64,000 nucleotides of DNA from Bacteroidales bacterium (GTDB lineage: Bacteria > Bacteroidota > Bacteroidia > Bacteroidales > UBA932): NCBI GenBank assembly GCA_017938925.1, contig JAGBAO010000013.1:225037-289036 (forward strand), in the 5' to 3' direction. Made by a program: the position numbers and the translations under genes. Each line of letters opens with the position of its first letter. Positions within the stretch are counted from its first letter, which is position 1. Under the pieces are notes generated by a model. That model searched no databases and was not told the origin of the DNA. It saw only the letters and a list, made by a program, of their open reading frames with translations. Shown here piece after piece: positions 1-10,099 of this stretch.

Positions 1-748
1 TCTTTGTCACGAGAGACTCGTCTCCATCCCTGACTTCCGCGGTTATCGAGCCATAGGTTCCCAACGGAGCCGGCACATAGAACGCACCGCTGGCCGCAGG
101 CTCGGTGTTGGTGAAATTGATCGTTACCGTATTGCCCGGCCGGTCATCAGTGACAATTACGGGAGTGTCCGCCGACATGTCGGCCACGAATTCGCCGGTA
201 ATCCTTCTGTCAGCGGTGAAGATGAACTTCATGTCGTCTCCTCCCGCCGGGATGTTGTCCACGCTGATCTTGAAGAAGCTTGCAAGGTGGCTGAGCGTGG
301 CCTTCTCCCCAGCCACCGTTCCTGCCATAGGAGGGTTGAAGCTGTTCGCTTCAGCCTCTATGGAGTCATATGTATATGATGACGGCAGAACATAGGTCAG
401 CTGACCGTCTGTCATCGAATGAGCTCCATGCGGATATACGACATAATCCCCCGGTTCTTCCTCGAACTGACCGGTAAACACTCCCGTAGCCTGGCCGTGG
501 TACCCGTCATTCAGCGTCATCTCCTTGAAACCGTTCACGGTAATGACACCTATCCTGTCTCCACTATGCCAATAGAACGAGTTATCTTCGCCAAATCCCA
601 CACGGGTCTGCTGTCCATCCGCCACCCCGACCGTAAGGACCCTGAGGGTCTCCACTGCCTGAGCAGGCTCGCGTTCCTGTATTTCGTTTTTCTGGCATGC
701 TGACGCCAGTAGTATGGCAAGCGCCATCATATATGCTGTATTTTTCAT
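1..748 (-). CDS. Fimbrillin / type V pilin-like lipoprotein (3' end truncated by window edge)
   Basis: Not in ORF track. Hand translation from ATG at 748: MKNTAYMMALAILLASAC-QKNEIQERE...GQQTRVGFGEDNSFYWHSGDRIGV..., open to position 1. Lipobox, then a T-R site and W-x-x-G-D-x-I motif typical of Bacteroidales fimbrillin N-termini. Confidence 0.8.
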   Translation of the reverse strand, partial: MKNTAYMMALAILLASACQKNEIQEREPAQAVETLRVLTVGVADGQQTRVGFGEDNSFYWHSGDRIGVITVNGFKEMTLNDGYHGQATGVFTGQFEEEPGDYVVYPHGAHSMTDGQLTYVLPSSYTYDSIEAEANSFNPPMAGTVAGEKATLSHLASFFKISVDNIPAGGDDMKFIFTADRRITGEFVADMSADTPVIVTDDRPGNTVTINFTNTEPAASGAFYVPAPLGTYGSITAEVRDGDESLVTK

Positions 749-764
749 ATTGCTGCTGTTTGAT

Positions 765-890
765 TTACATATCCTCCCATCCTTCGATGGACTCTCCTGT
801 GATGCTTGTGACCAGCACCACCTGTTCTGTTTCCATTTTCACGATCTCCGATCTTGGAGATTCATACACTTTTTTTGTTTCCATTTTCAT
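765..890 (-). CDS. 41-aa small protein, YxxP motif, upstream of fimbrillin-like gene
   Basis: Hand translation MKMETKKVYESPRSEIVKMETEQVVLVTSITGESIEGWEDM*. Stop lies 16 nt before the fimbrillin ATG. Same pattern at 12948 and 50729. Confidence 0.75.
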   Translation of the reverse strand: MKMETKKVYESPRSEIVKMETEQVVLVTSITGESIEGWEDM

Positions 891-1055
891 CTCGATTAAA
901 TGCGTGTTCGACAGACATATTCAAACGGGATACCATTATTGCCTATTCACCACAAATATTCTAGAAAGAGGATTATATAGACTGATATGGACCTATATTC
1001 GACGGAGACCGAAACGCACCCCAGACACTCCTGCGACGGGTTTTAAGGCTTTTGG

Positions 1056-1111
1056 GAATCTATATTAGACGCAAGGCCGCAAGCAACCTGCATCCGGATT
1101 AGTTAACTTTG
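1056..1111 (+). promoter_or_regulatory. susC promoter: GAATCTATAT motif (1056-1065) plus -7 box TAACTTTG (1104-1111)
   Basis: Matches Bacteroidota TAnnTTTG consensus. The upstream motif recurs at the same spacing at three other promoters; a related copy CCTATATTCGACG lies at about 992-1004. Confidence 0.65.
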
Positions 1112-1136
1112 TGTGAAACAACGCTATAACCACAGC

Positions 1137-4100
1137 ATGAAAAAGACAATTCTAACTGCCATCCTCATCGGGCTCACAGCCGTGATTGCCTCTGCCCAGA
1201 TCAGAGTCACAGGTGTGGTCCTCGATGAGAACAATCAGCCGATGCCGGGAGCTGCCGTCCTGTTGGACGGAGACACCAGCCATGGCGTCATCACTGATGA
1301 AAACGGACGGTACAACATCACCGTTCCATCCACTGAGTCGGTGCTCAGATATGAGTTCCTGGGCTACTCGCCTGTCAAGATGATGGTCGGCAAGAAGACG
1401 ACTCTCAACGTGAACCTCTCGCCGGACACAAGCTTCCTTGAGGAGGTCGTCGTGATCGGATTCGGAGAGACAAAGAAATCAGACCTCACCGGTTCGGTTT
1501 CCAGCGTACACATGAACAATATCCTCCAGTCCCCTACACTATCGGCCGACCAGGCCCTCCAGGGACGTATCGCCGGAGCGGACATCATGAGCGTATCAGG
1601 AGACCCTACTGAAGGAACATCCATCCGTATCCGCGGTTCCCGTTCCATCGAAGCCTCCAACGAGCCTCTGATCATCGTGGACGGAGTCATGAATGCCGTG
1701 ACATCGCTCGCCGATATCAACTCATCGGACATCGAGAGCATCTCCGTGCTCAAGGATGCGTCTTCAACCGCAATCTACGGTGCCCAGGGCGCCAACGGTG
1801 TCATCATTGTCACCACAAAGACCGGAGAGAACTCGACCACCCGCATCAACGTCAACCTCAGCGTCAAGGCCGGATTCTCCCAGATCCTGCGCACTCTGGA
1901 CGTGATGAATGCAGAGGAGTTCGCCCATTACAACAACGAGCGTCAGCTCTATGCCAAGACTTCCCATCCGGAACCGGGAACAGGATACTATCCCGACTAC
2001 ACCAATTTCAACCACAAGTATGCGGATCCGGCGGCCCTCGGGGAAGGAACCGACTGGATCAAGGCCATGACATACCTCGCGCCTTATCAGCAGTATGATT
2101 TCTCCCTGAACGGAGGTACCAAGAAGACCAACTACTACGGCTCCCTCAGTTATTCCGACAACCAGGGTATCATCCTCGACACCGGCAACAAGCGCGTGGC
2201 CGGAAAGATCACCCTCGGCCACCAGTTCAACAAATGGCTGAAGCTCACCTATGTGAATTCAACCATATATAGAAAGGGACTTCAGAACAAGGCCAACATC
2301 GGAGGAACGAACGTCTGGAACGGAGTGGTATATCTTTCCCCTGTGCTGACCATCGAGGACACTGTGAACGACCTCTACAACTACGGCCAGGGTTCTCCGT
2401 TCAACAACCCTTACATTTCTGTGAAGCAGAGTCAGAAGATCACCGAAACATTCTCAAGTTTCAACATGGTCATGGCACGCATCACCCCGATCAAGGAAAT
2501 GACCATCGAGAGCAAGAACTCATATTATCTCGTGCAGAACCATCAGTACAGATACTATCCGGGATCTCTCCCGGCAAAGGCGGCGGCGAATGCCGGAGGT
2601 GAAGCTCAGAGAGTGGAGCAGGACACACGACAGCTCAGTTCCGACAACACCATCACCTACAAGAACCAGTTCGACAAGAAGCACAACCTCGATGTGATGG
2701 GAGGCTTCTCGATCTACTACAACAACAAGAACTATGAGGGAGTCACGGCAAAGGGTCTCCTCGTGGATGCCCTCACATGGAACGACCTCAGCGGACTCAC
2801 CGACAAGAACAACTATTCGGTGAGTTCATACAACACTCTGGTGAAGAGGATGTCGTTCCTCGCACGCGCGAACTATAATTTCAAGAACAGATACTACTTC
2901 ACCGTGACCGGCCGCGCCGACGGTTCATCCAACTTCGCCGCGAACAGGAAATGGGGATTCTTCCCTTCAGGAGCGTTCAAGTGGAACCTCTCGAAGGAGC
3001 AGTGGGTCAGAAGACTCAACTTCTTCCAGGACCTTTCGCTCAGGCTCAGCGCCGGCCGCACCGGTAACGACGCCATCGCAGCCTACACCTCGCTCTATTC
3101 GATTGACTCGTCATCGGCAGGCTACCTGATTGGAGGCGTCCAGAGCACATATCACTTCCCTAACAGGCTCGCCAGCCCGGATCTGACATGGGAAACCACG
3201 GACATGTACAATGCCGCAATCGACATCGCCATGTTCAAGGGACGACTCAAGATAACAGCCGAGGCATATTATGCCATGACCAAGGACCTGCTTCTCAATG
3301 TGCAGAAGGCACAGCAGACAGGATTCAGCTCATATCGGGAAAACCTCGGAAAGACATCCAACAAGGGTCTGGAACTCTCCATCGAGACCAAGAACATCCT
3401 CAAGAGGAAGTTCTCTTGGACATCAGAGTTTACGCTCGCCCATAACAACCAGATGGTCGAGGACATCGGGACAGAGGATTTCGTCTCCACATACAACGAT
3501 CCTAAGGGATACATGATGTACGGATATGTGGAAGGATACCCTCTCAACTCCCTCTGGGGCTTCCAGTACGGAGGAGTATGGCACAACTACCAGGAAATCG
3601 AGGACAACCAGGTTTCGCGCCAGTTCGTGGACTACTATTCCGAGAACAAGCCTGGAAGGCCTAGATATGTGGACCAGAACCACGACGGAGTCCTCAACAC
3701 CGAAGACCTCGTATATCTCGGGAATGCTGACCCTATATTATATGGAGGTTTCCAGAACAACTTCAACATCTTCGGCGTGAACCTCAGCCTCTACCTGACA
3801 TACTCGCTCGGAGGAAAGATCTACAACTACTCTGAGTTCTATATGGCCGGAACCTACTGTACCAACCAGTACAGCTACATGAAGGACGGCTGGCATCCTC
3901 TGCGTAACCCTGAATCAGACATTCCGGCTCCTGGCTGCAGCGGTTCGAGCATGCTCCCGAGCAACTTCATGGTTCACGATGCCTCGTATATCAGGCTCAA
4001 GAACATCAGCGTCTCATACCCTATCGACCTGAGAAGAATCAGCAAGAAACGCCTGAAGACACTCACAGTGGGATTCAACGTCGATAACGTCTATCTCTGG

Positions 4101-4226
4101 ACACCATACAACGGATTTGACCCTGACGTTTCCACAAGCAGCGACACATCAACCATCAGACGCGCCGACGTGGGAGCATATCCACAGTCAAGAAAATACA
4201 TATTCTCAGCAACCCTCAACTTCTAA
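1137..4226 (+). CDS. SusC/RagA-family TonB-dependent transporter
   Basis: Signal peptide MKKTILTAILIGL..., CarboxypepD-like N-domain, plug motifs (IRIRG, PLIIVDG, SISVLKDASSTAIYGAQGANGVIIVTTK), C-terminal Phe. Start moved from track GTG 1113 to ATG 1137. Confidence 0.95.
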   Translation: MKKTILTAILIGLTAVIASAQIRVTGVVLDENNQPMPGAAVLLDGDTSHGVITDENGRYNITVPSTESVLRYEFLGYSPVKMMVGKKTTLNVNLSPDTSFLEEVVVIGFGETKKSDLTGSVSSVHMNNILQSPTLSADQALQGRIAGADIMSVSGDPTEGTSIRIRGSRSIEASNEPLIIVDGVMNAVTSLADINSSDIESISVLKDASSTAIYGAQGANGVIIVTTKTGENSTTRINVNLSVKAGFSQILRTLDVMNAEEFAHYNNERQLYAKTSHPEPGTGYYPDYTNFNHKYADPAALGEGTDWIKAMTYLAPYQQYDFSLNGGTKKTNYYGSLSYSDNQGIILDTGNKRVAGKITLGHQFNKWLKLTYVNSTIYRKGLQNKANIGGTNVWNGVVYLSPVLTIEDTVNDLYNYGQGSPFNNPYISVKQSQKITETFSSFNMVMARITPIKEMTIESKNSYYLVQNHQYRYYPGSLPAKAAANAGGEAQRVEQDTRQLSSDNTITYKNQFDKKHNLDVMGGFSIYYNNKNYEGVTAKGLLVDALTWNDLSGLTDKNNYSVSSYNTLVKRMSFLARANYNFKNRYYFTVTGRADGSSNFAANRKWGFFPSGAFKWNLSKEQWVRRLNFFQDLSLRLSAGRTGNDAIAAYTSLYSIDSSSAGYLIGGVQSTYHFPNRLASPDLTWETTDMYNAAIDIAMFKGRLKITAEAYYAMTKDLLLNVQKAQQTGFSSYRENLGKTSNKGLELSIETKNILKRKFSWTSEFTLAHNNQMVEDIGTEDFVSTYNDPKGYMMYGYVEGYPLNSLWGFQYGGVWHNYQEIEDNQVSRQFVDYYSENKPGRPRYVDQNHDGVLNTEDLVYLGNADPILYGGFQNNFNIFGVNLSLYLTYSLGGKIYNYSEFYMAGTYCTNQYSYMKDGWHPLRNPESDIPAPGCSGSSMLPSNFMVHDASYIRLKNISVSYPIDLRRISKKRLKTLTVGFNVDNVYLWTPYNGFDPDVSTSSDTSTIRRADVGAYPQSRKYIFSATLNF

Positions 4227-4238
4227 TACACTCAGACC

Positions 4239-5819
4239 ATGAAAAAGATTTTCACATATATGATCCCTCTCTGCATGGCCTTGAGTTCATGCGATTTCCT
4301 TGAGGAGGACCCTAATTCATTCGTGAGCCAGGGAGACTTCTTCAAGTCCGAGCAGCAGTGCCGTTCTGCCGTCAACTCGACCTATACGGGACTCAGAAGC
4401 GTATATTCAACCACCCTGTTCACCCATCTTGAAGGAACGACAGACCTTATCAGGGTGCCGTCGATCTCGGATGTCAACGCCATTCTGGACATCACCCCTT
4501 CCGGCTGCAACATATCAAGGACAGTGTGGTCGCAGGGATACAAGTGCGTGATGTACTCGAACTATGCCATCGCCGGCATCGAGACGGCGCAGATCGACTC
4601 GACAGCATGTCTGAAACTTCTGGCGGAGGCCAAGACGATGAGGGCGTTCTGGTACTACATGCTCACATCATGTTTCGGTGATGTTCCGTTCTACACAATG
4701 GATGTATCTGACGCCGACATCATGAACGAGGTGGCCAAGTACCCCCGTATGTCCGCATATCAGACAAGGAAGGCAATGATCGAAGACCTCCAGTCATGTT
4801 TCCCTTATGACACCGCCGGAAACTACAGGGGCGCACTCGAACAGATCAGGACTTATGAGATGTCAGAAACCGGAAGAGCCGGATGGGCCATGGGAATGAC
4901 TCTGATCGGAAAGATGGCTCTGTGGAATGCATACGACACAGAGCATGCGGACAGTGCGGCATTCTGGTATCAGACCGGTCTTGAGGCCCTGCTGCATGTG
5001 TCCGATGTCTATGGAGAGCTCTCACAGTACCCGCTCGAAGACCTCAAGTTCAAGTACAAGAACACTCCTGAGAGAATCTTCGAGATCCAGCACACATATA
5101 TAAACGGTCAGTTGAACTATTCCGGAGGACTGGCGACCAACTGCATGCCGGCCCACAGCAAGACCACGACAGTGACTGAAGCGGGTGACACCATCGAGGT
5201 GCACAAGTTCAACGGAGTGGAGATTCCGGAACTCGGAACCCAGATGAAGGTGGGAACATGCAACAGGCCCAACAGATATTTCTATCAGGGAATCCAGCCG
5301 GACAACGACACGGACCTCAGGGCCGAACTCAACATGGCACTGGAATATGAGGGAAAGAACTTCTCGAACCGTAGCAATCCTTACATGGGACCTAAGTTCT
5401 GGTGTCCGTACATGTATCAGACAAACGACTCGAACAACTACCCTGTGTTCAGATATGCAGATGTGCTCCTGATGATTGCGGAATGCTACTGCGGACTTCA
5501 GGACCAGGAGAACTATCTCAAATACCTCAATATGGTCAAGGCGCGCGCCGGTCTGAACGAATATGTGTTCCAGAACTGGACAAAGGCCCACAAGGAGATC
5601 CGCGACGAGAGAGCGCGCGAACTCTTCGGAGAGTTCCAGCGAAAGTTCGACCTCGTGCGCTGGGGCATCTGGTACGAGAGCGTCGTGGAGCACACCGACA
5701 TGGAGGAGATTCTCAAGAACATCAAGCCTTGCCACAGATATCTGCCTATCCACGACACTCAGGTGATCTATTCAGGCTATGCACTTGACAACAATGAATA
5801 TAACCAATACGGATTGTAA
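4239..5819 (+). CDS. SusD/RagB-family lipoprotein
   Basis: Lipobox LSSC-DFLEE, AEAKTMRAFWYYML, FRYADVLLMIAE, ERARELFGEFQRKFDLVRWG; directly after SusC. Confidence 0.95.
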   Translation: MKKIFTYMIPLCMALSSCDFLEEDPNSFVSQGDFFKSEQQCRSAVNSTYTGLRSVYSTTLFTHLEGTTDLIRVPSISDVNAILDITPSGCNISRTVWSQGYKCVMYSNYAIAGIETAQIDSTACLKLLAEAKTMRAFWYYMLTSCFGDVPFYTMDVSDADIMNEVAKYPRMSAYQTRKAMIEDLQSCFPYDTAGNYRGALEQIRTYEMSETGRAGWAMGMTLIGKMALWNAYDTEHADSAAFWYQTGLEALLHVSDVYGELSQYPLEDLKFKYKNTPERIFEIQHTYINGQLNYSGGLATNCMPAHSKTTTVTEAGDTIEVHKFNGVEIPELGTQMKVGTCNRPNRYFYQGIQPDNDTDLRAELNMALEYEGKNFSNRSNPYMGPKFWCPYMYQTNDSNNYPVFRYADVLLMIAECYCGLQDQENYLKYLNMVKARAGLNEYVFQNWTKAHKEIRDERARELFGEFQRKFDLVRWGIWYESVVEHTDMEEILKNIKPCHRYLPIHDTQVIYSGYALDNNEYNQYGL

Positions 5820-5820
5820 G

Positions 5821-7788
5821 ATGAAAAGATTTATATACACAGCAGCCATCTGCATACTGGCCCTTGCCTCATGCACAGGCCCTTACGAGACCGATTTCGA
5901 CTTCTGCCTCGACAGGGACGAATGCAGGTTCCCGGCTGACTCGGGACAGTCATATTTCCGTGTCTTCGGAGAAGGGAAATGGACGGCTACTTTCGAACAG
6001 GAAGTCGAGTGGCTCAGCATAGACAAGGCAGAAGGCATGGGAGAAAGCCAGGTGCTTGTCTTCCACAAGAAGAACGAAGGCCTTTCGAGAGGTGTCAACC
6101 TGTTCATCGACCATGAGGACGGAACGAGAAAGACCATATATATGTCGCAGAAGTCAGGACTCGGCACCGACAAACCGGCATTCAGCCTTGCCAGCGAGAC
6201 CATCAAGCTTCTCAACCTGAGCATGTCGACCAAGGTCATGGCCACATCCAATGTCTCTGCCGAGGCTGTGGATTCCGCCCATGTGAAGATCATATATGCG
6301 GGAACTGACACGACCTGGCTCAGCGATGTCAAGATATCCCCGGAAAGCCTTGTCTTCTCTGCGGCATCGAACGAAAGCGGTGCAGAGCGCACGGCAACGA
6401 TCGAGGTATCGTTCAACGGAGCAGTCTGGGCAGAGCCATACACGGTGTTCCTCAACATCATCCAGGGAAGTGCCGGTCCTGAGGTGTCGTTGGAAGACAG
6501 CTACGAACTGGACCCTCTCGGAACCAAGACACTGGAGATCAGCATAGGAACCAACTGGGACACCGGCCTGTATTCATACGATGTCTCCGACTTCAGCATC
6601 TCGGACGAGTCTTTCCTAAGGTCTGTGGAATTCGTGGATTCGACCTCCACACTGAAGGTGCTTCCTTCAATGAACAAGACGAAGGATGCCCGCACGGCCA
6701 CACTCACATGGAACGCCAAGGACTCCGCCGGAAGCATTGTGAGCACGGCAAGTACGACACTTTCGCAGGATGTCTCTCCGATCCAGCTTGACGGAGACCC
6801 TGTCAACCTCACGGAAGGCGGCAGATATGCAAACTGCTACATTCTTCCTGATGCAGGAGATGCATACTACAGCCTGGAACCTAAGCTAGTTTCCGGAAAC
6901 CTTCCAGCCGAAGACATCACCGATGCGAAACTGTTGTGGCAGACCGCCGAAAGCGTTCTTGAATATGTCGCATACAGTCCTCTTGAGGGCATCATGTACA
7001 TCTACAAGCCTGCAGGAGCGAAGGGCAGCGCCATCGTCGCACTGACCTCGGAAGACGGCACCATAAGATGGAGTCTCCATTTCTGGGCAACCGGCGAGTC
7101 AGTGGGCGAATGCACGATCGGAGGCGTCACATTCATGGACAGGAATATCGGAGCGACAGCAGACACGGCACCTGTCAATGGAGAAAATGATGCCGCCGGC
7201 ATGCACTACCAGTGGGGAAGGAAAGATCCGTTCCCTACGAGGGAAAAACTGACAACCAACGACAATGGTGACAAGTACACCTGTCAGACAATGGCTCCTG
7301 TGTATCCGGAAGATGGAGTCAGACTACAGAAGGATACCAAAGGTGTGACTCTTGACTTCACCATAGAGAATCCGGGAACCTATATCTGGAATGGTACTTC
7401 AGATCTTGACTGGTCAAACCCTCAGAACAACGAATACTGGAAACCTGACCATAAGACAGATTATGACCCATGTCCATACGGATATACGGTACCGAGCAAG
7501 GATAATCTGGGAAAAGTTGCCACAGCCATCGGCAAGGCATCCTCAGCATACGCAGGCAGGAACCTGACTTGCGACGACGGGAGCAGTAACTTCTGGTGCT
7601 ACGCAGATATGTATATGAGGAATGAGAACACAGCCACATTCACTAACAATGTCAAGGCGTACTATTGGTCCTCTACAACTGACGGAAAACTTGCATACTA
7701 CCTGAACGATGCATCTGTCACAACCGGCTCCAACATGGGAAGACGAATCGGAATCGCAGTAAGATGTGTCAAAGCCAACAATCAGTAA
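5821..7788 (+). CDS. Surface lipoprotein: BACON domains plus FISUMP/Mfa-like C-terminal domain
   Basis: Start MKRFIYTAAICILALASC at 5821. BACON-like W...WLSI...GxG and N.sg.eR.a.i motifs; C-terminal ANCYI, MDRNIGA, YQWGRKDPF, DPCPYGYTVPS, YYWSST, VRCVK. Confidence 0.75.
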   Translation: MKRFIYTAAICILALASCTGPYETDFDFCLDRDECRFPADSGQSYFRVFGEGKWTATFEQEVEWLSIDKAEGMGESQVLVFHKKNEGLSRGVNLFIDHEDGTRKTIYMSQKSGLGTDKPAFSLASETIKLLNLSMSTKVMATSNVSAEAVDSAHVKIIYAGTDTTWLSDVKISPESLVFSAASNESGAERTATIEVSFNGAVWAEPYTVFLNIIQGSAGPEVSLEDSYELDPLGTKTLEISIGTNWDTGLYSYDVSDFSISDESFLRSVEFVDSTSTLKVLPSMNKTKDARTATLTWNAKDSAGSIVSTASTTLSQDVSPIQLDGDPVNLTEGGRYANCYILPDAGDAYYSLEPKLVSGNLPAEDITDAKLLWQTAESVLEYVAYSPLEGIMYIYKPAGAKGSAIVALTSEDGTIRWSLHFWATGESVGECTIGGVTFMDRNIGATADTAPVNGENDAAGMHYQWGRKDPFPTREKLTTNDNGDKYTCQTMAPVYPEDGVRLQKDTKGVTLDFTIENPGTYIWNGTSDLDWSNPQNNEYWKPDHKTDYDPCPYGYTVPSKDNLGKVATAIGKASSAYAGRNLTCDDGSSNFWCYADMYMRNENTATFTNNVKAYYWSSTTDGKLAYYLNDASVTTGSNMGRRIGIAVRCVKANNQ

Positions 7789-7798
7789 GTTATAAGAC

Positions 7799-10099
7799 AT
7801 GAAGACATACATAAAGATATTTTCAGTACTCGCAGCCCTGACTGCCGCTTTCTCGTGCAGCGACTGGGGCACCCGGGAAGTGTTCGAGGGTTCGGCTCTC
7901 GGCGTGGTTCCGGACAGTCTCACCAGTCTCAAGGTCTTCGACCTGCCGGCGACGGAGAGTCAGCTCCACATCAATGTAGTATCCAATCAGGAATATACCA
8001 TCAGCCATGAAGCGGACTGGATTTCCGCTCCGGCCACATCCAGAGACAAGGAAGGATTCGACATAACCTGCCCTGTGAACGACGGCGTTGCAAGATCCGC
8101 GAGAATAATCCTCGCCATCAAGGAAGCGGAGCATTACGACACCCTGACCGTGAGACAGAAGGGCACAGTCGTCCCTTCGATAGCATTCGGTTCTGACAGC
8201 CACACCCTGAAAGGTTCGACAGGTGCAAAGGCTGAGATTCCCGTTTCAGTCAATGTTCCGGAAGATGAAATAGCCTTCACTCTGGAATATCTGAGCGAAA
8301 GCACTGGCTGGATCAGCGGGATCGCCGTTTCAGGGGACAAGCTTTCTTTCGACTACATAGCCAATGAAGGCGACACCAGAAGAAAGGCAAGGATCTCAGC
8401 CAGCTTCACGGACGGATGGGGCGAGGTGACAACCACACTTCTGTATATATCTCAGTTGAATTCCTCCGACAGCGAGGGAACTCCGGTAGACTTCTCCGGG
8501 CTGAGGGAGATGGCTACGGAAGAGGGATTTGCCGTGGATTCGGACATAATAATCGAGGGAATCGTGGTCAGTGACCGCAAGAGCGGAAATGCAGGAGACA
8601 ACCCGCAGACCGACGAGGCCGCAATCGACTATTCTGTCAGCGGACGCACCATTTATCTTGAAAGCACTGATGCACGGTATGGCCTCTGCCTGGAGACATC
8701 CTCAGCGGAAGACAACACCTTCAATCAGGGAGACAGGATCAGGCTGAACATTTCCGAGGCCGTGCTCTACAAGTCAGTCGTTACAGATGCAGACAAGGAT
8801 CCGGTATTCTACACTCTCAAAGGCATCAATTACGGAATGGTTCTCGAGCACTCAAAGGGCAGCAAGGCGGACATCCCAGCCAAGAACAGGACCATCGGCA
8901 CCCTCACAGACGATGACATATTCACTTATGTAACACTTCAGGACTGCGAACTGCCGGTGCGCAAAGGCTCGCTGACTCCGTTGAACGAGGAGTTCACAGA
9001 GGTCTTCGAGACAGAGAAATGCGCGAAGTTCCCTGTGCTGCTGCGCGACATCGAGGGCAACTCGATGTATGTCTATACCAACACCACCTGCCCGTACCGA
9101 AGAGACGGTTCCGTGCTTCCTTACGGCAGCGGCACGATGTCGGGAGTGATTGTTCACGAGCACTACACCAGATTCGAGTTCCAGGACACTGAGAGCCCGG
9201 ACGAGGACACATACGGAAACATAGGACGCTACCAGATACGACATACGTCCAAGGATGATTTCGGTATGGCAGACACAATGGAAGACGGCTCGTTCTCGAA
9301 CATCCTCTGCGAATGGCGCTATGCTCTCGGACAGTATCAGGACAAGCATGACGCCACAGACGGAGACCTCGCGGCATATTTCACATCTTCGTTCAAATAT
9401 GACCCTGACAACGACACATACAAGAAGGACGGACGCGCAGGCAAACTCGCATATACGCTCTATTATGACTATTCATATCTCGGCCCTATGGATTTGAGCG
9501 GCAATGTGAACGGACTTGGAGTGACCCTCGCAGACGGCACATACTGGATGGGACCGAACTTCACAGGAGCCAACTCCCATTCGACATCCAAGATAAACTC
9601 GAAAGGGAACGGTCAGGTTCCGACCGAAGCCGGATCCGCATGGTGCACCAACATCACGAGATTCAACAAGTCCCCTCAGTCGATGGACATAATCTTCAGC
9701 ACCAAGGGCATCAGCACATCTCAGCTCAGCCTGCAGCTGGCTATGATGAACGACTGGCAGCATGCAAGCTCGAAGATTCCTGGCCCTCGCTACTGGCATC
9801 TCGAATACTCCTTGACAGGAAAGGACGGTTCCTGGACAAGACTTGAGACATTCAGCGTTCCGGACTACCTTCAGAGCAACATTCCTCAGATCTGGCAGAC
9901 AGCAGGTTTCAAGCAGATGAATTTCCCGCTCCCTGCCGCAGAACTTTGCGGAAAAGACCAGGTTCACCTCCGTCTGATTCCGGATGAAGGGCTGGCAGCC
10001 GGCTCAAGAGCGATGTATCTTGATCCAAGTTCGGTCACCAATTTAAACGGCTCATACAGAACATGCTGGAACTATATATGCGTAAGATACAACAAATAG
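7799..10099 (+). CDS. Lipoprotein with BACON domains and DUF5689-like region (putative SGBP)
   Basis: Lipobox AFSC; BACON-like repeats; IIEGIVVSD...GN...TIYLES and LVRDIEG-like/GTMSGVIVH motifs reminiscent of DUF5689. Confidence 0.65.
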   Translation: MKTYIKIFSVLAALTAAFSCSDWGTREVFEGSALGVVPDSLTSLKVFDLPATESQLHINVVSNQEYTISHEADWISAPATSRDKEGFDITCPVNDGVARSARIILAIKEAEHYDTLTVRQKGTVVPSIAFGSDSHTLKGSTGAKAEIPVSVNVPEDEIAFTLEYLSESTGWISGIAVSGDKLSFDYIANEGDTRRKARISASFTDGWGEVTTTLLYISQLNSSDSEGTPVDFSGLREMATEEGFAVDSDIIIEGIVVSDRKSGNAGDNPQTDEAAIDYSVSGRTIYLESTDARYGLCLETSSAEDNTFNQGDRIRLNISEAVLYKSVVTDADKDPVFYTLKGINYGMVLEHSKGSKADIPAKNRTIGTLTDDDIFTYVTLQDCELPVRKGSLTPLNEEFTEVFETEKCAKFPVLLRDIEGNSMYVYTNTTCPYRRDGSVLPYGSGTMSGVIVHEHYTRFEFQDTESPDEDTYGNIGRYQIRHTSKDDFGMADTMEDGSFSNILCEWRYALGQYQDKHDATDGDLAAYFTSSFKYDPDNDTYKKDGRAGKLAYTLYYDYSYLGPMDLSGNVNGLGVTLADGTYWMGPNFTGANSHSTSKINSKGNGQVPTEAGSAWCTNITRFNKSPQSMDIIFSTKGISTSQLSLQLAMMNDWQHASSKIPGPRYWHLEYSLTGKDGSWTRLETFSVPDYLQSNIPQIWQTAGFKQMNFPLPAAELCGKDQVHLRLIPDEGLAAGSRAMYLDPSSVTNLNGSYRTCWNYICVRYNK

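Noticed and set aside
105-1068. Plus-strand track ORFs 105-395, 419-703, 697-1068 and 714-899
   Set aside because: Antisense shadows of the minus-strand fimbrillin and peptide genes; no recognisable motifs.
890-1137. Invertible (phase-variable) promoter suggested by oppositely oriented CTATAT motifs
   Set aside because: Matches are short and imperfect, recur at fixed distance from -7 boxes elsewhere, and no recombinase is nearby; a regulator site explains them better.
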